Source: Macrostomum hystrix
Taxonomy: Eukaryota > Animalia > Platyhelminthes
Direction of reading: 5' to 3'
DNA length: 64,000 nt
NCBI GenBank assembly: GCA_950097015.1
Contig: CATNEN010000039.1
Span: 12,214,001-12,278,000 of the forward strand
A program made the translations under genes and the position numbers. The notes under the pieces were generated by a model. That model did not search any database. It saw only the letters and a list, made by a program, of their open reading frames with translations, and had not been told where the DNA came from. Below, piece by piece: positions 1-12,922 of the stretch; position 1 is the first letter of the stretch, and every line of letters begins with the position of its first letter.

Positions 1-2099
1 TTGGCTCGGTTTGAAAGCTGCAGATGTACCACCCAACACACTTACTCAATACCATAAACTAATTGTGCCTTAATAGTCCAATTGCATTATGCCAATTAAC
101 CGACAGTAACAATTATTTTGTAGTTTTTCATATGCACATAATTAACAAGCATTTATTTATGCGTGCGTAATCCTTAAGCTGACAGAATAAAAACTAAAAA
201 TAAATTTATATGCATGAATAACAGCTACTATAGTAGTAATACAGAAAGATTCCCGGTCGAACTGGAGTGAGCTTTTCGCATCAATTAATCGTTTGATTTT
301 TCAAGTATATGTATGATGCATATAAGCGTTATTACAAGAGTACATGCAATATATAGAGATGTAAATTATGATGCATTATAAAGAACGAGTGGAATTTTGA
401 ATCGGATCCATGCAACTTAACCGCTGATCGATATACACAGTATCTGTTTTTCAAAGAGATCCCACGTGAATCAATTACCTGCAAATGTAAAAATGCGCCT
501 ATAAGCGAGGTCGGAAAAGACCTTTAAGCATACTTATATAGATACGCCAACGAAATCGCCAACTACATGGTCTCCTCAAGCATAGAGAGCGCAAATTATA
601 AGCGTATAAGCATGAATCAGCGAACCATTCGCTGTACGGTTTAAATGCGAGTATTCATCAACAGACAAGGAGTAACCGTCTGCGTGATGTTTCCTTTAGG
701 CCTATCTATTTTTTCCTGATGATCTATAGTTGAATCAGAGCCGGCAACGAAGCTTCGGCGCGCTGTCAGCAGTAATTGTCTTCTTGGGCGGTCTCATAGT
801 ACAGCTATAGCTAGCCGCCTGGGCTGTTCGATTGTTCAGTGAGTACAGTTCTGCATTACGATGCCGGACCTGTGGTCCGTTGGTCGAGATCGTCTTGTTA
901 GATAGTGCCAATGCCGAGGCAGATGTAATGACGCAGTTTTAAGCAAAGTGTTGCGGTTACAGAGCGGATTTGTTTTTTTAGCGACATAACAGCTAGCCTA
1001 CATGCAAGAAACTTGCATAAAAAATCGCAAGTAATTTAATCGCAAAGAACAAGGCAAGTAGAAATGACCAAAAGAAAACATTTATTGAATTTTAGAAGGC
1101 CACAGTTGATCGATCGCATTTAATAATGCTAAAAAGTATAATGATATCGCTTCAGATAAGTTTTTTGCATTGGTGTGCCTCACGTATTTTTACTAAAACA
1201 AAGAAAACGTAAAAAATCATTTCTAATCAAGAGAAAAGATTTTATTTTTGCTCCACTACGTATAAATAACACATGTAAGTAATATATATATGTTTTAGAA
1301 ACTTTACTATAACACGGTTTTTTAGTAAAAAAATTCAAATTATGCTGCTTAATAACAATGAATTTAAGTTGGTCGACTTAGTCCAGTGTAATTGCAACTT
1401 CTTCTATATATCAATAGCTTATTGCTATGTATTGTGTTTCTAGAAAAATAAAATCGAAGGCCTAAATTATATATATTTATATATTTATCAAAACTAAATC
1501 TAAAAAACAGACCCTATATTAACTTAAGACTATGAAGTATAAGACAGAATAGCACTAGCCACTATTTGCAGCAATCTACCTGATACTAATTCAGACTACA
1601 AACTGTTATTATTTACAAACTAAATAGCTATTTGCATTATTCTAACTAAATTTCACATATGAGCACTAAGTAAATATTTATTCATATTGCCTTCTTCTGA
1701 ATTTTGTTTTAGTGTATATTTTAGATACCATTATACTTTTGAGAATTTTCTTCTTTTAGATATAATGTTAACTTCTAAAGTATTACATAGATATATTATT
1801 TTCTAAGTTATAAGTAGCAGATTTCATTTTTTTATCTCTGGCCTGCTATATTGCTAGTGAGAATTTTTGAACACCATTGTTAAGTCAAGTTATCTGCTAA
1901 CAAATTGACTGTAACCTACTTTCTTATCTGTCTTTGAATAATCTCCAGAGTGATAGAAATGACAGGCAACGAGGCATTGGCTTAGCAAAGACTGCCATTA
2001 GTTTCTAAGATATTAAATAGTTTAATAAATCTTACAAAAACAATACATTAACTGTTTCCAATTCTTTATTTTTGTATATAGGCTGTTGTATACGAAATT

Positions 2100-2215
2100 A
2101 CTTTAGTTCAATCAACTGTTTAATGGGTACCATCATTAGCTGAGGTAATTGAGGGTCCATGGACTGAACAGCCATTTGCAGCCTTTAGACAGTGAATCTG
2201 GCTAAATAGTGCCAA
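2100..2215 (+). mobile_element. SINE family B degenerate fragment
   Basis: TTAGTTCAATCAACTGTTTAATGGGTACCATCATTA..GTCCATGGACTGAACAGCC..GCAGCCTTTAGA aligns with 22980-23090. Confidence 0.55.
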
Positions 2216-4367
2216 GTATAATCAGTATCTAGTATTAGCTACACAAAGTTTACATCTGTTTAATTAATTGAAAGCTTTGATTCTTACTTATATGTGACAG
2301 GAGAAATATGAAACATTCTTGTGTTATGGCAGTATATTTAATGGATATATACTCATAGTTTTTTAAATGTTGCATTAAGCCACAATTGTTCTAAATTTTT
2401 TGTAAAGTGATGAAATAAGTACATGACCTTGTTGTGTACTCAGCATATTTTGTCTTTTAAAGTTTTTGATTGACTTGTAACCATCATGTAGTATACATTT
2501 TTTTCATTACTATTTAATACATGGCACTTAAAATGTTTTCATGGTGACATTTTGTCATTTTCTAAAAAAGTACTAGTGTCAAACTTGTCTGCAGTATGAA
2601 ATCTGAAAAGTTTTTTTATGGAGATAATGCTTAAAAGCAAAACTGCTGCCTAAAATTGTAGCCTCGTTTGTTTATTGATGAAAATAATCAAAACATATTT
2701 ATGACATTTTCGTTTTTAGAGAATCTTAAATAGCATATAAATCATTGCACTACGAGTATAAATTGCAGGCGAGTGCAAGTTGGTTTCAAATAATTTTATT
2801 ATATCGGTCACTAAATTTGGTCAGAAATACAGTTTGCTTTTCTGTCTCCTAGAAGACTTCTTCTCACACAAAGTAAAAACGTAGCAATTAGGAAATATGA
2901 GTAATGAAAGGATTGTATGAGCCTGCTCATATTTCAAGGAGACAGGGAACTAGCTCATCAGTATATTGCTGCTTTTTTCTAGAGAACTAGAGCGCTTTAA
3001 GGTAAAAAATGAGGCCACTCAGTAGACAATCAACTGAAGACTTTATAATACAATGCTTTCATCGTGTCCTTTTCTTCATAGTCAGTTGGAGTAGCTAACT
3101 AGGCTACCCTACTCCAGCCAACATTGGAGTTGGAGTACGGCTTCTTGAGTTTGCAGTCGAGACTAAAATTAGTTCTGTGTGTGTCCGTGCGCACTTAACC
3201 GTTTGTGAATTAACTAGTCTGCTCTGGGGGTGGGAGAGCAGAGAGAAGGTAGATGTAGAGAAGCGCTTCTGACGCAGCTCTGAGAACCCAAACCCGACTT
3301 GGCGCGGCCCTGGGAGAAAAAAGGATCGAGTAGGGAGGAAGGGTAGAGAGTAGAGCCTTGAGTAGAGACTGGCTCTGCTCTGAGCCTAACTGCGTCCCCT
3401 TCTCGCAAGCCTTTGTACCCTTTTCCTTCGCTTCACACAGCCCACACCGCAATACCATCTTTCTCTTGGTCTTCTGCTCTCGCTCTCTCCCTCTGCCCTA
3501 CTCAGGGCGAGTGCTCCGCTTTCCTCCTTGAGGATTTGGTGGAGGGGCAACTAGCTTAGAAAGAAGAGGCTATGGGGACTGGGGCGGCTCCCCCCCTCTC
3601 TCTCTGGTTTGAGTTTCGCCGTCCAATTTCCATTGGCTGTTTGAAGGCTACGGCGGATTGTGTGTTGACGCTATAGCCTGCATAGCTCACTAGAGATGCA
3701 GGGGATTTTATTCCCTTCTTCTTCTCTCTATCCCTATTTTTCCTCCCCACCCGTTCCTGCGCCGTCCGAAAATTATGTTTTCCCACCCGGCCTCCTCCTT
3801 ATCCCTATCCCCCAGCCTTCCCTCCCCGCCTCTTGTCAAGCATGTGTTAAAAGGGAGCCACCCCAGTAACCGACTCCCACCTCCTTGAGGCCACCCCAGC
3901 AACTGCACGCACAGGAACCTTGTGACACGGGCACGCACAAAGCAGAATTAGAGATATTGAAAGCATTTAAGCAATAGCCATGTGTAAGTGCGCCATTGAG
4001 AGCCGAGTCAAGAGTTAGTTTAGGAGGCTGAGGGGATAAATACAACGCAGCCTGAATGTTGGATCTCTGCCAGGAGTGAGATCATGGCCTCAGTTTAGAC
4101 TATTAGCTAGCCGGGTGATGATTCAGTTGTCGGACGACTCTGAATTTTAGGTCTCAATTCGTTGCCTTATTTAAGCCTTCAATTTGCGGCCGCCAGCAGT
4201 CAGTTGTCCGAGGCGCACGCGTGTCAGACGCGTGTTTTGTTGGCCGCAGCTGCTGTCGGTGTGTCACCTGATGCCCGACTGTGAGCAACTGGCAGCCGAA
4301 GGCTGGCTCAGATGTCTTGACATTTGTCAATTCAAGCAAGCAGCAGCAGCGAAGCCAGTGAGCCGGC

Positions 4368-7300
4368 ATGGCTAGCGGCTTCAGCGCCGGTCGCGCCGTC
4401 AATAACAACAGCGCCGGCAACTGCAACAACAATCACGCCTCCTCGGGCGGTCCAGCCTCTCCGCTGCCCGGCGGCATCGGTCAGCAGCCCCATGGCGCAA
4501 CCTCCGCCAGCACCAGCAGCATACTACACCAGGCCAATCAGCTGCTCCTTCAGCGGGTGGCCACCACCGAGGCGGACCGCCTGCGTCTCGCCGAGGAGGC
4601 CGATCGGTGCCGGCGCGAGCTGATCGCCTCCGGACTGCTCGCTAAGCCGCCCCAGCAGGAGCAGTCGCTGCTGCGTTCAACCCTGCGAGCTTTTACGAGC
4701 AAGGCCAAGCATCACCAACAGCAACAGCAGCAGCAGCAGCTGCAGCAACAGCAGCAGCCAAGTCGTGGCTGCTCTGATCCAGCTTACTTTCGCGCTAGCT
4801 ATTGGACTCGCTCTGGTGGCAGCCTAGTTAGCGGCGTCGGCGGCGGTGGTAACGGCGGCTCCTCTGTTCGCCTCGGCGGAAGCGGCAGCGGCGGAGGCAA
4901 GCAGCAGCCTCTGCTGTTGCACCCGGATGCGCAGCAATTCGCCACGGCATGCAAATTTGCCGCCTCAATTCAGCTGCTGGAATCGGCGGACACACTGGAG
5001 GATCCTGTGGCACTGCGTACAGCGCAGGCTCTGGTACAGAAGTGCTTAGAGAGCGGCCAGCTGTGCAACGAGCTCTGCTTGCTGCTCATCAAGCAGACTT
5101 GCTGGCCGGATAGTGTCGGCGGCGGCCACGGGGGCGGCGGCGGAGGAGGCGCTGTAGCCGGTGGCCTCAGTATGGTGGGCGGCGGCGGTGGCGGCGTCTC
5201 GGACTCGGGCTCGGAGCTGGACGCCCACTCTGAGCGCTCCTATCAGTTGCTATGCGCCGTGTGCGCTCTGTCCCCGCCGCCCGCCCCGCAGGTGCTGGCC
5301 TACCTGCGCAGCCATCTGAACCGGGCCGCCCTTGACACCCTCACTGACGAGGGCCGGTACGCGCAGTTCTGCCTGCGGTGCTTGCAGCGCGCCTCCCAGT
5401 GGCAGCAGCGAGCTAGGCGACGCTTCCCGCCATCGGCCAGCGAACTGCTGGCTCTGTTCAGACGAGGCCCCGCTAGTGTCTCCGTGCACCTGCTTAACGG
5501 TGATCATAGACTGCTGGAGTTTCATCCGCATCTCACCTGCGAGGAGGCACTCACCGGCTTGTTAGCCAAGGTGCCTCTGACAGGCCAGGCCGCTATTGGC
5601 TGGGCTCTGTTCGAGCAGTATGGAGTCATGGAACGGTACACCAACCCCAGCGACTACGTTGGCGACGTGCTGTTCAAATGGGAGCAATATGCCCAGCTTA
5701 GCCTGGCCTCTACATCGCCAGGTTTATTGCATCATCACCATCATCACCATCACCATCAACAGCATCATCAGCAGCATCACCAGCAGTTGCGGCTAGTGTG
5801 CAAGAAGCGACTATTTGTTCGACCGTTTGTCAGCCGCACGGATCCTGTTGAATCGGCTCTGCTGGCTCACCAATGCATGACTGACGTATTCGAGGGTCGC
5901 CTGCCTTTGGACCCGGCCTTAGCCCGGGAACTCTGCGGCATTCGCGCTGCCTGCGAGGCCGCCAGCCCGCCGTCCGCTGTGCTGCGCATCCTGCCGAGAT
6001 CTTGGCGAGATCAGGTCTGTGCGGGTCTGGCAGGTCTGGCGAACTTGATGTACTTCCCCAATCAGACTCTGAGCATTCCCGAGTAGCACAGTTTCGATCC
6101 CATATCTCACATGATCTTTGATTGCGATCAGATGATCAGCCTCCCATTTCTGAGATTCACAGTTGAACATCATCCCACATCTCAGAGTATCCCAGTCGAT
6201 CATTATCCCTCATCACGGATCCCAGTTGATCATCATCCCACATCCCAGATCCCAGTTGATCATCATCTCACATCTCAGATCCCAGTTGATCATCATCTCA
6301 CATCTCAGATCCCAGTTGATCATCATCCCATTTCTCAGATCCCAGTTGATCATTATCCCATATCTCAGATCCCAGTTGATCAGCCTCACGTATCTCAGAT
6401 CCCAGTTGATCAGCCTCACGTATCTCAGATCCCAGTTGATCAGCCTCACGTATCTCAGATCCCAATTGATCAGCCTCACGTATCTCAGATCCCAGTTGAT
6501 CAGCCTCACGTATCTCAGATCCCAGTTGATCAGCCTCACGTATCTCAGATCCCAATTGATCAGCCTCACGTATCTCAGATCCCAATTGATCAGCCTCACG
6601 TATCTCAGATCCCAATTGATCAGCCTCACGTATCTCAGATCCCAATTGATCAGCCTCACGTATCTCACTCAAATCCCTAGTAAATTTGCTTGGCAAGCCC
6701 ACGAGCCTTTTCTTCGCGGCTGCGCACACTCCGAATGTGACCTCGCCGTGGATTCCTCAGGACCTTATGCCTCCACAGACAACTTAGCACCCGTTATCTA
6801 AAACCTCGGGTTCCAGAAATCCAGCATCCATCAGCCCCATCCCCAGGTTGCCAACCAGCCATCAGCCCCATCCTCAGGTAACCAACTGGCCATCAGCCCC
6901 ATCCTCAGGTAACCAACTAGCCATCAGCCCCATCCTCATATAACCAACTAGCCATCAGCCCCATCCTCAGGTAACCAACTAGCCATCAGCCCCATCCTCA
7001 GGTAACCAACTAGCCATCAGCCCCATCCTCAGGTAACCAACTAGCCATCAGCCCTATCCTCAGGTAACCAACTAGCCATCAGCCCCATCCTCAGGTAACC
7101 AACTAGCCATCAGCCCCATCCTCAGGTAACCAACTAGCCATCAGCCCCATCCTCAGGTAACCAACTAGCCATCAGCCCCATCCTCAGGTAACCAACTAGC
7201 CATCAGCCCCATCCTCAGGTAACCAACTAGCCTTCAGCCCCATCCTCAGGTAACCAACTAGTCATCAGCCCCATCCTCAGATATTAATCTTGATCTTCTA

Positions 7301-7873
7301 AATCCATTCAGATACCGGACAATCCGTAATTCCCATTTCTACGCAGGTGAATCCAGAGGAAGTGGCAGCATTAGCCACACAACACCTGGCTAGCCTGCAT
7401 CAGCAGCAGCCTCAGTTATCGGAGGCTGACAAACAGCACGCATTAAATTTGCTCTTTATTGACGCCTGCTCAAACTCTTGGCCACTGTTTGGTTGTACTC
7501 TGTTCGAAGTTCGCGTCAACTGTCCTGAGCCTCAGCAGCAGCAGCAGCAGCAGCAGCCGCCGCTACAGCCGCAGCAACTGGAGTCCTGTGTGTTGGCCAT
7601 TGGCGAGTCAGGCCTGCACCTGCTAATCTCCGACCTGCATCAAGATCCCTACCTGTCGTGGGCCTTCTCCGCATTGCAAAGTTTCTGCACGGAAAGCCGC
7701 TACTTGCTGAGCCTGCAGCTGCTGCCGGAAGGCCGCCGTCTGTCACTGTACTCCAAACAGGCCACGCAGATGGCTTACCTCATTCGCGACTACATGATGC
7801 AACTGCAGCTGCTGCCTGCGACTCTAGCTAGATCTTCCTCCTTGGCTAGCAGCGGACGAACGAAATCAGCATC

Positions 7874-7910
<37 letters not shown>

Positions 7911-8210
7911 TCCTCGCAGGCCAATTGTCAACCGCAGAGAGTCAATTCAAACTCCTGCTCAGCTTCATTGGCCAGCAGTCCGCGCCCGATTCAACGGGCT
8001 CGAAGCAGCGGCATCGGCGGCGCAACAGCTGCGGGTCTGGACGAGTCCGCACCAAATCTGTCAGACAATATCGCCCTTGATAATCATCAGCGACAGCCTG
8101 TACGGCTGGTTGGTGCTGCTGCTGCTGCTGCCGGCTCTGGTGTGCATGTTTCTAGGAAAGCTGCAGCATCGGCTCAACAATCGCAGCGTCGCCTTGAGAC
8201 TCAACTGTGA
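4368..8210 (+). CDS. MyTH4-FERM domain protein (PLEKHH/MAX-1/myosin-tail-like), 2 coding exons join(4368..6014,7347..8210), 836 aa
   Basis: MyTH4 signatures: LCNELCLLLIKQT, YQLLCAVCALSPP..VLAYLRSHL, EGRYAQFCLRCLQR, RRFPPSASEL. FERM signatures: VSVHLLNG..LEFHPHLTCEE, WALFE, YVGDVLFKWE, LVCKKRLF, WPLFGCTLFEV, LAIGESGLHL, QMAYLIRDY. Donor CAG|GTCTGT after 6014 (phase 0) matches acceptor TTCTACGCAG|GTG at 7347 (phase 0). Confidence 0.88.
6150..6668 (+). repeat. 30-bp minisatellite (TATCTCAGATCCCAGTTGATCAGCCTCACG), intronic
   Basis: ~17 tandem units; produces spurious repeat ORFs in several frames. Confidence 0.95.
6826..7281 (+). repeat. 31-bp minisatellite (CATCAGCCCCATCCTCAGGTAACCAACTAGC), intronic
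   Basis: ~14.5 tandem units. Confidence 0.95.
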
Positions 8211-8699
8211 ATAATCATTAGATTATCTGTTCCGCTCTGAGACTCGCTCTGAGGCTCCAAAGCTTGCTTTAGCAAGGTGGTGGCGCTGAGCGTGTTGTCT
8301 CACCTGCAGTTTTTTTCGCCGATTCATTTTATTCATTCTGCTCTGGTTAATCCGCCAGCTGCTAACGGACCCTGGCGCACGGGGCCCGGATATTGCTAGT
8401 CTTTTTTCGAGCTGTTGGCCGCTTTCTATTTGAAACATGTTTGATTTTTTCAATCATTTGCTTCATACAATGGGATTCTTTGCCTGTTTTTGTCCCTAAT
8501 CAGATACTGTATAATTATAACTTTTTGTACTAACTTTACCGCTATTTTATAGACGCAAGTGCATACCTCATTGATCAAGTTCAACAGCTTGAACAATCAA
8601 TCCCATGTAGAGGCTCTTGTCACCTGTGTGCATTCGAATCAGTGCAAGATTACATCATTAATATTAAGTAGGACAGCTTTTGCCAACATTGTTCCCTGA

Positions 8700-9412
8700 A
8701 GCAGCATCCATTTCTCAGATCCCAGTTAGATGAGCATCCCATTTCTCAGATCCTAATTAGATGATCATCCCATTTCTCAGATCCCAATTAGATGAGCATC
8801 CCAATTCTCAGATCCCAATTAGATGAGCATCCCATTTCTCAGATCCTAATTAGATGAGCATCCCATTTCTCAGATCCCAGTTAGATGAGCATCCCATTTC
8901 TCAGATCCCAATTAGATGAGCATCCCATTTCTCAGTTCCCCAATTAGCTTAGCATCCCATTTCTCAGATCCCAATTAGATGAGCATCCCATTTCTCAGTT
9001 CCCCAATTAGCTTAGCATCCCATTTCTCAGATCCAATTAGATCAGCATCCATTTCTCAGATCCCAATTAGATGAGCATCCCATTTCTCAGATCCAATTAG
9101 ATCAGCATCCATTTCTCAGATCCCAATTAGATGAGCATCCCATTTCTCAGATCCCAGTTAGATGAGCATCCCATTTCTCAGATCCCAATTAGATGAGCAT
9201 CCCATTTCTCAGATCCCAGTTAGATGAGCATCCCATTTCTCAGATCCCAATTAGATGAGCATCCCATTTCTCAGATCCCAGTTAGATGAGCATCCCATTT
9301 CCCAGATCCCCAATTAGCTAGCATCCCATTTCTCAGATCCCAATTAGCTTAGCATCCAATTTCTCAGATCTCCAATTAGCTTAGCATCCTGTTTCTCAGA
9401 TCCCTAGTTAAT
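8700..9412 (+). repeat. 31-bp minisatellite (GAGCATCCCATTTCTCAGATCCCAATTAGAT)
   Basis: ~23 units; related to the 6150 array. Confidence 0.95.
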
Positions 9413-9789
9413 CAATTCTCAACAGCACTGATTGGAATCAAATTTGAGCAAAACTCGATAAGAACGTGCCTAGCCCCATCACATAAAATTTGTTTATCTA
9501 CTTAATTTTGACTTTATTTGACTGTCTGTTCTTTGTTCTCGAAGATGGCTATGTTCTTAGATAATGTCCAAGCGTTTGTCTCGCCGAGAACAATTTTCTA
9601 AATTACGACGTAGATAAGACGTATCCTATTTTCAAGGCTACATGGATACTTTTTCCGTTAACTGGGCGAATCAAGAATGGCATTATCATTCCAATATTCT
9701 TCGGTAAGTGGCATATAATACCTCAACTGCATCTGAAGGTCAGATACTGCAAGGGTCCGGAAACAATGGTAGGCTTACAGTACCACTGC

Positions 9790-10722
9790 CCTGTCTCACC
9801 TCTCCCGCTTTTAATCTGTCCCGTGTCTCGTCTCTCCTGTGTCCAATCTCTCCTGTGTCTCATCTCTCCCCTGTCTCACCTCTCCCGTGTCTCAACTCTC
9901 CCCTGTCTAAGCTCTCTCGTGTTTTATCTCCCCTGTCTAATCTCTCCCGTGTCTAATCTCTCCCGTGTCTTATCTCTCCCCTGTCTAAGCTCTCTCGTGT
10001 TTCATCTCTCCCGTGTCTAATCTCTCCTGTGTCTCATCTCTCCTGTGTCTCACCTCTCCCGTGTCTCATCTCTCCTGTGTCTCATCTCTCCTGTGTCTCA
10101 TCTCTCCTGTGTCTCACCTCTCCCGTGTCTCAACTCTCCCCTGTCTAAGCTCTCTCGTGTTTTATCTGTCCCTTGTCTATTCTCTCCCTAGTCTAATATC
10201 TCCCATGTCTAATCTCTCCTGTGTCTAATCTCTCCCGTGTCTAAACTCGCCCCTGTCTCATCTCTCCCCTGTCTCATCTCTCCCCTGTCTCATCTCTCCC
10301 CTGTCTCATCTCTCCCCTGTCTCATCTCTCCCCTGTCTAATCTCTCTCGTGTCTCATCTCTCCCGTGTCTCATCTGTCCCCTGTCTCATCTCTCCCCTGT
10401 CTAATCTCTCTCGTGTCTCATCTCTCCCCTGTCTAATCTCTCCCGTGTCTCATCTCTCCCCTGTCTAATCTCTCCCGTGTCTCATCTCTCCCCTGTCTAA
10501 TCTCTCCCGTGTCTCAACTCTCCCGTGTCTCATCTCTCCCGTATCTCATCTCTTCCGCGTCTCATCTCTCCCGTGTCTCATTTGTCCCCTGTCTCATCTC
10601 TCCCCTGTCTTATCTTTCCCGTGTCTCATCTGTCCCCTGTCTCATCTCTCCCCTGTCTCATCTCTCCCCTGTCTAATCTCTCCCGTGTCTAATCTCTTCC
10701 CTATCCAAACTCTACCCTGTCT
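9790..10722 (+). repeat. 17-bp pyrimidine-rich minisatellite (CCCTGTCTCATCTCTCC)
   Basis: ~55 variable units; a degenerate copy of the same family lies at 59630-59825. Confidence 0.93.
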
Positions 10723-11634
10723 GAAGTCAGTGTCATTCGATGCCTTATCTATTTGATCATGATGATTAGCAGGCGGGCATGTATAGCTGGGCTCCCATTA
10801 TGAAGTCGCATATTAAATGCTGAATCTTTTATTGTCAGCTGCCGTCTCCGCCTTTGCAGACCTGTCAATCGGCTAATTTAGAATTATATTCATTCTCTTT
10901 TTGTCCTCCCGCGCGGGTATCTATAGGCTCATTGAGCACGCAAACTTTAAGAGACTCGGAGACTCAGTCGCTGACCTGTCACTAGCAACAAAAGCAAAAT
11001 CGTACTCTGCTCACTGTATGTACTTTTTATTTTGTCGTCTGCTCTTCTACGTGCTGCGAAATTTTGCTTGCAATCATTTTTAGTTTTCCTGCCACTGAAT
11101 CTGAAATAGGAGCCTGTTATCCTCCGCTTCGGGAACTCGGTCACGACTTTGCCTCTCTGCCTCTCTCTCGTGTGATTGTTTTAAATTATTTTCCTGTCTG
11201 TTCTCCGACTGATTGCGCTTCTAGTGCTTCAGCTCGTCTTTGTAAATTATGGTATTAACAAGCAACTTCCTTATTTCCCAGCCTGGTTTGTACAATATGA
11301 CCGCGTCAATTTAATTATATACCAGCTTAATTAATTACGCAGCCTAATTAAATTCTATGAGTCTTTATATGAACAGAAGATACCTAGAAATTTGCTTTGA
11401 CTGTTTGTCTCAAATTAAATAGAATTTGAATGACATTTCTAAGCAATAGAATCGGTGCATTGGCGAACTTTCTTATTTTGGATTGTTTGCTTGCTGATTG
11501 ACAGCGACAACTGAGCTCATTGGACTGCGAATCTGTCTTACTCTGTTATTTTAACATTTTTGTTTCATGTCTTCCTTTGACTTGTAGGCTGAAATTTAGG
11601 CTCTATCATTGAATAGCTCAGTGAAATGGTCTAT

Positions 11635-12922
11635 CATTGTAAGGGTGAAATCTAGGATAAATGATTTTAAGGGTAGGGTGTAGGGTCAATGATTGAAAAG
11701 GTGAAATCTAGGTTCAATGATTGCAAGGGTAGGATGTAGGGTCAATTATTGTAAGGGTGAGATCTAGGGTCAATGATTGCAAGGGTAGGTTGTAGGGTCA
11801 ATGATTGTAAGGGTAGGTTGTAGGGTCAATGATTGTAAGGGTTGGTTGTAGGGTCAATGATTGTAAGGGTGAGATCTAGGGTCAATGATTGCAAGGGTAG
11901 GATGTAGGGTCAATGATTGAAAAGGTGAGATCTAGGGTCAATGATTGTAAGGGTAGGTTGTAGGGTCAATGATTGTAAGGGTGAGATCTAGGGTCAATGA
12001 TTGTAAGGGTGAGATCTAGGGTCAATTATTGTAAGGGTAGGTTGTATGGTCAATTATTGTAAGGGTGAGATCTAGGGTCAATGATTGTAAGGGTAGGTTG
12101 TATGGTCAATTATTGTAAGGGTGAGATCTAGGGTCAATGATTGTAAGGGTAGGTTGTAGGGTCAATGATTGTAAGGGTGAGATCTAGGGTCAATGATTGT
12201 AAGGGTGAGATCTAGGGTCAATGATTGTAAGGGTGAGATCTAGGGTCAATGATTGTAAGGGTGAGATCTAGGGTCAATGATTGCAAGGGTGAGATCTAGG
12301 GTCAATGATTGTAAGGGTAGGATCTAGGGTCAATGATTGTAAGGGTAGGATCTAGGGTCAATGATTGCAAGGGTGAGATCTAGGGTCAATGATTGTAAGG
12401 GTAGGATCTAGGGTCAATGATTGCAAGGGTGAGATCTAGGGTCAATGATTGTAAGGGTAGGTTGTAGGATCAATGATTGTAAGGGTAGGTTGTAGGATCA
12501 ATGATTGTAAGGGTAGGTTGTAGGGTCAATGATTGTAAGGGTAGGTTGTAGGATCAATGATTGTAAGGGTGAGATCTAGGGTCAATGATTGCAAGGGTGA
12601 GATCTAGGGTCAATGATTGTAAGGGTAGGTTGTAGGGTCAATGATTGCAAGGGTGAGATCTAGGGTCAATGATTGTAAGGGTAGGTTGTAGGATCAATGA
12701 TTGTAAGGGTAGGTTGTAGGATCAATGATTGTAAGGGTAGGTTGTAGGGTCAATGATTGTAAGGGTAGGTTGTAGGATCAATGATTGTAAGGGTGAGATC
12801 TAGGGTCAATGATTGCAAGGGTGAGATCTAGGGTCAATGATTGTAAGGGTAGGTTGTAGGATCAATGATTGTAAGGGTGAGATCTAGGGTCAATGATTGT
12901 AAGGTTAGGTTGTAGGGTCAAT
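11635..12922 (+). repeat. 28-bp minisatellite (AGGGTCAATGATTGTAAGGGTGAGATCT / ..GTAGGTTGT variants)
   Basis: ~46 units with two interspersed variant types. Confidence 0.95.

Noticed and set aside
6111-6801. Repeat-rich ORFs of 143-212 aa in four frames
   Set aside because: Translations of the 30-bp intronic minisatellite, open on both strands
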